This document shows, piece by piece, positions 19,941-30,484 of a DNA stretch of 64,000 bases. This DNA is from Callorhinchus milii (Eukaryota). Position 1 is the stretch's first letter; every line of letters begins with the position of its first letter. The stretch lies in contig NW_024704755.1 of assembly GCF_018977255.1 (NCBI RefSeq), forward strand, positions 744,001 through 808,000, given 5' to 3'. The position numbers and the translations under genes were made by a program. Below the pieces are notes generated by a model that ran no database searches, was not told where the DNA came from, and saw only the letters and a program-made list of their open reading frames with translations.

Positions 19941-21891
19941 CTACGTGGCCTCAGCTTTGGGAGCTCGCCGCTGGTTGAAAGTGATGAGTTTGTAGGTCAA
20001 GTAAGCGTCAGCGAAGTAAAGACAAATGGCCGCAAATCCACAGACCTGGCATTAGACAGCGATAACAATGTAATAATATAATAATAATAATAATAATAAT
20101 AATCCTTGCATTTGATATAGCGCTTTTCACGTCGGGAGGACGTCCCAAAGCGCTTCACAGAATAGACTGTAAAGTGAATTGACTGTATATTTGTGGGCGA
20201 ACGCGGCAGCCAATTGCGCACAGCAATGTCCCACAAACAGTCGTAGATTGAAAATGACCAATTTTATTATTGTTTTTGGTTTTGGAGGGATTATTATTAG
20301 GCTCTGTGTGGAGTAAGGAAACTTGCCCGAGGTTTCGCCCTCTGCCTGGAATTGAACTCAGGTCTCTCACTTGCAAAGCGAGTGCTCTAACCACTGAGCT
20401 ACAGGACTCCACACTATAATAATCCTCGCATTTGATACAGCGCCTCATCACGTCTTCAAGACGTCTCAAAACACTTAACAGAATATACTTTAAAGTGAGT
20501 TGACTGTATATTGTGTGGACGAAATGCAGCAGGTCCTCCTCTCATACTGCCACCCCCCCCATCCCTCTCTCGCTGGTAGACTGCCCCCCCCCCCCTTTGC
20601 TGTCTCACTCACCGAGCCAGTCACGGCGCCCGCCGTTGTCTTGCTGACCAAAGCCGCGATGCAGATGATCAGGAGGAAGAGAGCAGCGAGCAGGGAGCTC
20701 AGTACATCCTGCGGGAGAGTCAGGGTTAGTGTTTTCTCTCACATTGATTTCAAGATCTGATTTCCATCAGTAGCTTTCCTCAGTGCACGGTGGGGGCTCT
20801 TGCGGAGGGCAGGTACTCACAGTGAGAGGCCAGAAGATGAGGGTGAGGGAGGAGTGGAGCTTCAGCAGGTAGAGCAGGTAGAAGGCCAGCGTGATGAGCA
20901 GCTCCAGCAGCGGGATGGCCACGTACGCCCCCGAGAAACAGGTCGCGAAGCTGACAAACGCCACAAATCCTACAGTCTGGGGAAACAATCAGTCTTCATT
21001 CACCCTCCCAGCTCCCATTCCCAGCTCCCGTTCCCAGCTCCCATTCCCAGCTCCCATTCCCAGCTCCCATTCCCAGCTCCCATCCATCCACTCCCAAAGT
21101 CCTGGGAATTGGGATACAGTCAACCCACCATTACCAAAGGGGCACACACCAAACCTGGGCACAAGTGGCTTCCAGTAGGGGGCGATTGTTGGGCCTCTCG
21201 GGCACTGACATCTGACACTGACAGTATTCCCCCCCCTCCCCCACAACCCTGCCCCATATTTCCCACCCCTCACTTCCCCTACAAACACCCCCATCCGATC
21301 CTCCACCCTCACCCCCTCCTGAAGAAATTCTGCCTTAGAACTGAGAGTTGGTGCCCCCAAAACAACGTTTACTCAAACCAGAAACCAATGTGTTCCTTTT
21401 ACTCCTTTGCTATTGTACACCACACCCCCCCACACCCCCTCCCTCCCCCACACCCCTCCCTCCCCCACACCTCCCCCACACCCCCCTCCCCCACCCCCTC
21501 CCTCCCCCACCCCCTCCCTCCCCCACCCCCTCCCTCCCCCACCCCCTCCCTCCCCCACACCTCCCCCACCCCCCTCCCCTCCCTCCCCCCACACCCCCCA
21601 CCCCCCCCCTCCCTCCCCCCCTCGCCCCCACCCCCCCTCCCCTCCACCCCCTCCCTCCCCCACACCTCCCCCACAACCCCCTCCCCCACCCCCTCCCACC
21701 CCCCACCCCCCACGCCTCCCCCACACCCCCCTTCGCCCCCATACCCCCTCTCCCCCCCCACACCTCCCCCTCTCCCTCCCCACACCCCTCTCCCCCCCCT
21801 CCCCTCCACCCCCTCCCCCCCCCCTCATTACCAGCTCTGAAAGCTTCAGCACTCCCCGGGTTGACTTGGCAAAGGCCAAGTTGAGCTCCAT
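19941..21891 (-). CDS. CKLF: Chemokine-like factor, MARVEL protein (4 exons, 138 aa)
   Basis: Exons 21891-21832, 20976-20821, 20708-20613, 20045-19941, all phase 0 GT-AG. Translation MELNLAFAKSTRGVLKLSEL/TVGF...LLYLLKLHSSLTLIFWPLT/DVLSSL...GS/VCGF...ADAYLTYKLITFN resembles human CKLF (LLYVLRL..WLFWPLLD..ADGALIYRKLLFN). It is head-to-head with TK2 as in human. Minus-strand AATAAA at 19573-19578. Confidence 0.85.
20085..20412 (-). mobile_element. Young tRNA-head SINE with L2-type tail and (TTA)n end (family A)
   Basis: Head with A box TAGCTCAGTGG and B box GAGTTCAATTCC. Near-identical copies at 23080-23375, 34016-34185, 40865-41077, 45716-45931 and 55887-56210. Older relatives at 1570-1910, 10180-10555, 13960-14255, 14410-14740, 30200-30450, 44898-45358, 53160-53405 and 62790-63085. 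Confidence 0.9.
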
Positions 21892-22289
21892 TCCGCCCCC
21901 GGTGTGTGCGGAGCTGTGGCGGTGCTGTGCTGTGGGGTTGGGGTGAAGCCGCTCCTCTCTGTGGTCCTCTCCCTCACAGTCTCTCTCCTCACTTCCTGCT
22001 CCAGGCGCTGGTGTCCGGGTGATGGTAACTGATGGTGTCGCTGCCCCTCCTGATCGGTGACTTCACTTCACACCTCACACAAACCACTCCGGGTTTACCT
22101 CGTCCCCACCAAAGGAAGTTGGGTTCTGCATTGCATCAGTTACCTGTGCGGAGCAGCGCCCCCACCCCGGGCGGCCCCCAGTAACAGCCCTCCATCCCCA
22201 CTGCCTCCTCCCTCTCCTCCTTCAGGGCCGTCTCAAGGCCTTTCCCTTTAACCTTCAGCCCTCAGCTCCGCTCTCGACTCTCTACCCCC

Positions 22290-22545
22290 TCCTCACCCCC
22301 TGACCATTCCCCCCCTCCTCGCCCCCTCCCTCCCCTCCCCTCCCCCCTGACCATTCCCCCCCTCCTCGCCCCCTCCCTCCCCTCCCCTCCCCCTGATCAT
22401 TCTCCCCCTCCTCGCCCCCTCCCTTCCCTCCCCTCCCCCTGACCATTCTCCCCCTCCTCACCCCCTCCCTTCCCTCCCCTCCCCCTGACCATTCCCCCCT
22501 CCTCGCCCCCTCCCTCCCCTCCCCTCACCCTGACCCCCCCCCCCA
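22290..22545. repeat. ~45-50 bp C-rich minisatellite (CCCCTGACCATTCCCCCCCTCCTCGCCCCCTCCCT...) between CKLF and TK2
   Basis: About five visible tandem copies. Confidence 0.85.
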
Positions 22546-23846
22546 ATGCTCGGGTCCTGACCCAACTGTCCAGCGCCTTGGGACGTCCTCCCGACATGAA
22601 AGGCGCTCTATAAATGGAATCTTGTTGTTGTTGTTGTTATTTCTCTCCTCCTTGCATTCAGTGTGTGGTGTGCCCCCCAACCGAATGATCAATTTCTGAT
22701 TTATTCTGATAATAATAATCCTAATAATTGTGGAGTCCTGTGCTTAGTGGTTGGGAGCGCTCACCTTGCAAGTGAGAGGATCTGAGGCCAATTCCTGAGA
22801 GGGGCGAAACGTTGGGCAAGTTTCCTTATTTCACACGGCTCTGTTTACTTCGCAGTAATTTGTCGCACTTTACAGTATATCCTGTGAACCACATTGCGAT
22901 GTCAACGACGTGATAAGGCGGCCACCCTCCTACCCTCTCTGCCCTCCACCCTCCCTGATCCCCCAACTCGCCCCCCGCTCGGGTCCTAATCTCTGACTGT
23001 TCAGCGCTTTGGGACGTCCTCCTGATGTGAAACACGCTTTACAAAAATAATGTTGTACTGTACTGTATATAATAATATAATAATAACCCTTGCATTTGAT
23101 ATAGCGCTTTTCACGTCGGGAGGATGTCCCAAAGCGCTTCACAGAACACACTGTAAAGTGAATTGACTGTATATTTGTGGGCGAACGCGGCAGTCAATTG
23201 CGCACAGCAATGTCCCCACAAACAGTCGTAGATTGAAAATGACCAATTTATTATTGTTTTTGGTTTTGGAGGGATTATTATTAGGCTCTGTGTGGAGTAA
23301 GGAAACTTGCCCAAGGTTTCGCCCTCTGCCGGGAATTGACCTCAGGTCTCTCACTTGCAAAGTGAGTGCTCTAATATATCAAATGCGAGGATTATTATTG
23401 TTGTTGTCGTGGACGTATCAAGCGTGAGGATTATTTTAATAATAATAAATCCTTGCACTTTATATAACGCCTTCATCACGTCGTTGAGACGTTTCAAAGC
23501 TCTTCAGAGGATATACTGTAAAGTGCAGTGACTGCGTGTTTTGTGAGCGAAACAAGAAAGGAAAACAGACGATGGGGGGAGCGAGGGGAGGGGGAGAGAA
23601 ACCTGGTCAAATATTAAAATAAAAATAATCAAAACACCCTCTGGTGTTTCTGTAAAATAAATATTTTTTGCCCGACATTTTATTGACGAACTTCCCCTTT
23701 AATAAAAGGGAGGGTTGGACACGGGGGAGAGATACATTGTAGCTGCGGCGGATGTGAGTGTGTCTGCGGCCCGCGGGCGAGGTGCGGCCCGCGTACTGCT
23801 GTGAGCGCTGCTGCGGGGACAGGAGGAGAGAGAGAGGGGCCGAGGG

Positions 23847-26800
23847 ATGTCGGTGTGTGTGTGGCGGTCACTGCGGCTCCGATGCTCGGCTTTCCCCGCC
23901 TGGTGCCGGCCCGGGGGCCGGAGGTTCAGGCTGAGCTGTGGCTATGGCGATGGTGGCGTCAACTGGAGGCGCTTTCACGGGGGGGTGAACCTCGCCAGGC
24001 GGCAGCTGTGCCCGGGAACAGGTCGGTGTCCTCCCCGGAGTGTGCCCTCCCCTCTCCTCCCCTCCCCGGCCAGGCAGCCAGAGCCACAGCATGTCTGTCT
24101 GTGTCTGTCTGCTCAGCTCACAGTCCGCCTCCTGCACACAGACAGTCCACCTCCTGCACACAGACAGTCCGCCTTCTGCAAATGGGGTGAGAGAGAGAGG
24201 GAAAGGCCGGACTGACTGCACCTTCACACACTTGTTTACTCCACATCTCCCTTTCCTAATGCTCTCCCCCCCACCCCCACCATAGCCTCCCCCCACCATA
24301 GCCTCCCCCCCCCCATAGCCTCCCCCCCACCATAGCCTCCCCCACCATAGCCTCCCCCCCCCATAGCCTCCCCCCCCCCATAGCCTCCCCCCCCCCATAG
24401 CCTCCCCCCCCCCCCCATAGCCTCCCCCCACCATAGCCACCCCCCTGTTCTCTTACAGTGGCTGTGTGTGTGTGTGTGTGTGAGTGTGTGTTTGCGAACT
24501 TTAGAAAAGCATCTGGAAACGGGAAACATAATAAAAAATAGTCAGCACAGATTTCAAAGAGGAAGGTCAGGCTTGACCAACCTCACTGGATTCTCTGAAG
24601 GGGTAACAGAGAGAGTAGATGAGGGGAATGCGGTGGATGTAATATATTTAGGTTTCCAAAAGACGTTCGATAAGGTACCAGATAACAGACTAAGGAACAA
24701 GGTGTATGTGGTGCAAATAGCAGAATGGATAGCAACTGCTGCAAAACGGCAAACAGAGAGTAGGGTATAAGGGTAACTACTCAGACTGGGGTGGGGGTGG
24801 GATGGTGTTTCACAATGATGGGCATTGGGACTCTGTTGTTCACAATATACATTAATGGTTTGGATTGGGGATCAGTAGGACAATTTCAAAATTTGCGGAC
24901 GACGCCAAATTGGGGGGAGTAGTTAATCCAGAGGAGGACGGCAACAAATTACAGCACGACATTAATAAACTCGCTGAGTGGGCATTTAAATGGCAAATGC
25001 ATTTAAATGTAGGAAAGTGTGAGGTGGTACATTTTGGTAGAAGGAATAAGGAAGTCACATACGTCCTGGAAAATAAAAACCTAAATGGGGAAGAGAGCAA
25101 AGGGACCGAGGGGTACACATACACAATTCACTAAAAGTAGCAACGCAGGTTAATAAGGCCATAAAAAAGGCAAACCAGACTTTGGGGTTCATTTCTAGAG
25201 GGATAGTTATGGTAAACTTCTGTAGAACCCTGGTTAGACCACACCTGGATACTGTGTGGGGGGGAACCCAGTGGGAAGACAGTGTGAGCGAGAGATCCAG
25301 GCTGGTGTTTACAGGATTGGTGTAAGGCTCTAATGGTGGATTTTCATTCTCTGCAGGTCAGCCCCTCGGAGGTGGGTCACAGGAGAAGAAGCCGGTGGTA
25401 CGTTGCCCAATCAGCTCTTTGTTGTTTACACTCAGGGAATCGGCAGCCGGGGTGGGGGGTGGAGGGAGGCAGAACACTGGAGTCACTTGTAAAGAATTCA
25501 GACTAGACAAAAGCTAAAGCCTAATTCTATTTAATAGAAAAAGCTCATTAGTCAGTTTCCCTGCCGGGCAACCCGAGTAACAGCAATAGTAAAAGACGCG
25601 TAATGAAACAATACTACCAGATGACTTGAGGACTTCCCTTCTATGGTCAGCACATTCACAGCTATTAACCCACGAACGAAGACAAGTCCAAAGTTCCAGT
25701 CTCACCCTTATTTATAATTAAGTGTCCCATTATCCTCCATATAAGGTTCTTCTTCGTGCAGGACACAACCGCTTTCTGTTTCCCACTCATCCTTCTGCTT
25801 TGCACTGCGACCTTGGTTCTGTTGTTCAGACTCGGCTGCCCGCATATCTTCCCACTCTTGTGTAGCCAAGGTCTCTGAATACCACATTCCTTCTCCATAA
25901 TCAGAATCCCGTACCCTCCTTATTATTCGTCAATCAACAAACTTACTCATAAGAGTGATAACAGCTTTTACAATTAACATCTTACATCTGCTTTGATTGT
26001 ATTTACTCATGGGACTGCTTTAACTACTATGGGATTATACAGCATATATTTTAAACATAACACACTTAAGAAACAGCGCAATGCTATAATGGTTGCAGGG
26101 TAAATGGGGGTTCTGGGATCCTGAAGTCAAAGGGCCATCTTCACCCCGAACCCGCTGGGAAGGAAGGAAGGGACGTGGAGTGAAGCTCAGTTTTGCTGTT
26201 GGTTTCAGATCTGCATCGAAGGGAATATTGCGAGTGGAAAGACCACCTGCCTGGAATATTTTGCGAAAACCAATAATATTGAGGTAAGTGTAGCCTGTGT
26301 GTGTGTGTTCGCGCGCGTGTGCCCGTGTGTGTGCATATGTGTGTGCATGTATATGTGCGTCTGCGTGCGTGTGTGAATGTATATGTGCGTGTGTGTGTGT
26401 GTATGTGTGTGTCTGTGTGGTGTGTGTATGTATGTGTGCCTGTATGTGTGTGTGTGAGCTTTTGTGACACCCCTTCCCATTCACTCCCAATTCCAATGGG
26501 CAAAATCTCTTCCCGGTGGTGCTGAGCTGTGTTCCTGGTCTCTCCGCAGGTTCTCCCGGAGCCTGTCTCGAAATGGAGGAATCTCAGGGGCCACAACCTG
26601 CTGGTACGTGAGCCACGCGGGTCTGATGGTAAAGACACTCACTGTCCAGGGTGTAGCTGAGCTGGACACTGCCCTGGGGACATCCCTGTGCTAAGCTCCT
26701 GTCTCAGCCGGGCAGGCAGTGGTCGGAAGTGGTCTCTGCACCCATGGGTTGGCGTGAGATAATCGCGGAGGGGGAGGCGGGATGGCCAGTGGGTGGAGTT

Positions 26801-28780
26801 GGAGGGGTGGGGGGGGGAACGATGCGCTGTGTAACCTGGTTGCTTTGCCGACAGGGTTTAATGTATGAGGACGTGTCTCGCTGGGCCATCACCTTGCAGA
26901 GCTACGTACAGCTCACCATGTTAGAGCAGCACACACTGCCACTGGTAAGTGAGCAAACTGCTGGCCGGTTGTTCCAGGGGTTCATATTCCCTTCCAAAAA
27001 AAAATTGATAATATGGTCATTCAATCCATTGTTTGTGGGACGCTGCTGGGCACAATTAGCTGCCGCGTTTCGCCCACAAAATATACAGTCACTACACTTT
27101 ATAATATATCCTGTGAAGCGCTTTGAGACGTCTCAGCGATGTGATGAGGCGTTCTATCAAATGCAACAATCATTATATATAATATAAATGTGTGGAATTA
27201 TTACCCAGGAGTTGCCCAACTCTGTGTCTCTCACAGACGGCACCGATCAGGATGATGGAGCGCTCCATCTACAGCGCCAAGTACATCTTCGTGGAGAATC
27301 ACTACCGCAGGCAAGGATGGGGCTGGGGTTGGGGGGCGTGTGTGTGTGCGTAACACTGTGGGGGGGTGGTCTGTGACACGAGATGTGTGTATGTCAGGGT
27401 GCATGTGTCGGGATGTGTAGAGCCAGGGGTGTGCGAGGGGGGGTTTGGTGTAACTTGGGTAAGGGTATGTATGATGTAGGGTGGGGGGGGGGTGACAAGT
27501 GGGGAGGGGTTTGTGTGATGGGGTGGGGGCACTGAGCTTGGAGTGTGTGTGGGCCCTGATGACTGTGCTGTGATTACAGCTGCCGGATGCCGGCTGTGGA
27601 CTATGAGGTGCTGAGCCAGTGGTTTCAGTGGATCATCAGTAACGTGAAGATCCAGATCGATCTAATTGGTGAGATCACTGCTGGGGGGTGGGGGGGGTCA
27701 CTCCCGGGAGGGTGAGGTCACTCCGGGGCAGGGTTACTTGTACGTGAAATGTGAACAGGAGTAACAAGGTGTTACGGGCTGTGCAATTCGTGGTGTGCGT
27801 GTACATGTACAGTATCGGTGTGTGTGTACATGTACAGTATGTAAATGTGTGTACATGTACAGTATATGTATGTGTACAGTATCTGTGTGTACAGTATCTG
27901 TATGTATGTGTACTTTATCTTTGTGTATGTACAGTATTGTGTGCGTGTGTACAGCATCTGTGTGCCTGTGTACGTGTACAGTGTGCGTGTGTACGTGTAC
28001 AGTGTGCGAGTGTGTACATGCACAGTGTGCAGGTGTACATGTACAATGTGTGTGTAACTGGAGCTCTCTTCCCCACAGTGTACCTACAGACATCACCTGA
28101 GGCTTGCTATAAGCGACTGCGGAATCGGTGCCGGGAGGAGGAGCAGATTGTTCCTCTGGTAAGAAGTGGGAGGATGTCTGGGGGGCATCGCTCCGCACCT
28201 CTCTGCCTGTTGCCAACACGGCCCCCTGCTCTCCGCTCCCCTTGTTGCTTTGCCCTCGTCTGCCTTGTTCCCATTGTGTATAATAATAATACTTGCATTG
28301 GATACAGCGCCTTATCACGTCGTTGAGATATCTCAAAGCGCTTCACAGAATACATTGTAAAGTGAATTGACTGTATATTTTGTGGGTGAAACTGTATAAC
28401 CGTGCAGTGAGTGTGACATACTCTCTCACTCTCTCTCTATCTCTCTCTCAGGAGTACCTGGTGGCTATCCATCAGCTGTACGAGGACTGGCTGATTAACC
28501 ACACACTGTTCACAATCCCGGCCCCGGTCCTTGTGAGTTACTTTATCATCAGAATCTTCCATTTCATTCACAACCCAAACCAACAACAATTTACAATTAT
28601 ATAGCTTGACTTGAGGAGGATGGGGTGTCTATGGGGGCTGTTAATTGTCCCCATTTCCCTCCCCCTCTCCCTCAGGTGATCCCGGCCGACCACGACCTTC
28701 AGAAGATGCTGAAACGGTACGAGAAGAACTGGGAACGGATCCTGTCACCGAGTCGAGGGCCGGTCACGTGTAGCCAGTAA
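23847..28780 (+). CDS. TK2: Thymidine kinase 2, mitochondrial (10 exons, 287 aa)
   Basis: Exons 23847-24021, 25357-25397, 26209-26283, 26550-26603, 26855-26944, 27237-27310, 27580-27668, 28079-28158, 28452-28532, 28676-28780. P-loop [22 protein letters not shown] and lid [10 protein letters not shown] motifs are present. The Arg-rich N-terminus suits mitochondrial targeting. Intron 6 starts with GC. Confidence 0.96.
24278..24445. repeat. CATAGCCT(C)n tandem repeat in TK2 intron 1
   Basis: About nine visible copies. Confidence 0.9.
24497..25258 (+). mobile_element. CR1-clade LINE fragment (reverse transcriptase region, degenerate)
   Basis: Peptides [42 protein letters not shown] and [16 protein letters not shown] are typical of CR1 ORF2. 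CR1 3' ends also occur at ~1090-1250, 35600-35770, 58170-58315, 59270-59500 and 60270-60480. Confidence 0.9.
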
Positions 28781-29845
28781 CCGGGGAATGTCACTGACTA
28801 TAACTTACACTGGCCGACAGCAGCGGGCAAGCAGGAACGAGTTATTCCGGTACCCGGAGTGTGCCTTACACACCGGAGCCGGCACTAAGACAGACACACA
28901 CCAACACAGACACCACCAGCCAGGAGGGAATCGGTCTCTTACCGGCTGAGCTCTGTATATTTTTTTGCTCTGACACATGCAGAAACCCATCACCATGCAT
29001 AAGAGTCTCCAAACCAAACTCAGATTGACAAGAGCCAAAACTTGGGGACCCCAGAGTGTGCGATGGGCTAACTGCTGGAGTCTAACCAGCTGAAACCGCA
29101 TAGCTTGCAATTGTTAGCACTGTCTGGCAAACTCTCCTGCTGCTTATCCAGCTGGGAGCATCCTACCCATTAGGGCTTTGGCTGCAGGGTTAACAGGACC
29201 TAAGTGGGAAGATTCCCTGCCCCCAGTGACTAGTTGGCCCTTCCAGGTCCTGCCAATGGGCCAGGCTGGGCTGTGCTGTCATCAGCAGTGAGTGCCCTGG
29301 GATACTGCAAACCCGCCTGGTGCAGGACCTGGACTAGAGACCGTCACCGGGAGTGGGCTTGATTCCGACATTCCATTGCCAAACATGTCACCTTGGCGCC
29401 AGTTCAGCTCTGAGGAGATGCCGCTTACCTCCAGGAGGGGGAAATGATGATCCTTGTATTTGGTATAGCTCCTTATCACGACGGAAGAACATCTCAAAGT
29501 GCTTCACAGGATTCACTGTGAAATGGAGTGACTTGTGTATTTGTGGGTGAAATATGGCAGCACAAGTGTGCACAGCAACGTCCCACAAATAGCCATGGAG
29601 TGAGTGACCAATTTTATTTATGGGATGGTTGGCCAGGACACCGGGAGAGAAAGAGAAACTCGCTACTCTTTTTGAATAGCGCCACGAGATCTTTAACGTT
29701 CAGGCAGACAGGATGTTGGCTTAACGTCTCATCCGAATCCCCATTGACTTGAGCTGTGGTGAGGGTGTGATGGGATCTGTGTTTTCTGACTGGGAACAAC
29801 TGAGGGGAACAGTTACATTTTATTTATTCGTGAAACTTAACAAAG

Positions 29846-29856
29846 AATAAAATAAA
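29846..29856 (+). terminator. Probable TK2 polyadenylation signals (overlapping AATAAA pair)
   Basis: AATAAAATAAA followed by T-rich sequence about 1.07 kb after the stop codon. Confidence 0.65.
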
Positions 29857-30484
29857 CGTCATTTTAATATTTTTTCAGCATTGGGAGAGGGAAGATGATT
29901 GATTATATACATATATATACACACACAATGTGAACAGTCTCGCTTGTTCATTCTGTTAGTTTAACCCAGTCTGGCTGGAGTTTGCAAGCCCTATAATTCC
30001 AGTGGGTCTCAGCCTGTCACGCTGTTTCTCCCCGCCCACCAGTTCATCAAAATTCAAAAACTGTTGTAAATTCCTGAACGCAGTCTTACCTGAGAGGCCG
30101 GTTCCTTCTCAGGGCTTTGGGAAAACCGGCGTCCGAGTTAAGTTGGGAATTTTTTGACATTTGATAATAATAATAATAATCCTTGCTTTTGATGTAAGAT
30201 AATAATAATCCTTGCATTTGATATAGCGCTTTTCACGTCTTCTAGACGTCCCAAAGCGATTCACAGAATATACTGTAAAGTGAATTGACTGTGTATTTTG
30301 TTACTGGTTTATTACCCCCCGGAAAAGGCTGCTTACTGCTCGGAGTGTGGAGTAAGGAAACTTGCCTAAGGCTTCGCCCGCCCGGGAATCAAACCCGTGC
30401 CCTCTTGCTTGCGAGGTGAGCGCTCTAACCATTAACCTACGGGACTCCACGTCGGCTCGCTGTGTGCCGGGTCAGCGTCCGGGG

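Noticed and set aside
23882-24021. Alternative TK2 start MLGFPRLV...
   Set aside because: It ends in phase 2 at the donor and is out of frame with exon 2. The ATG at 23847 gives the right phase and a targeting-like peptide.
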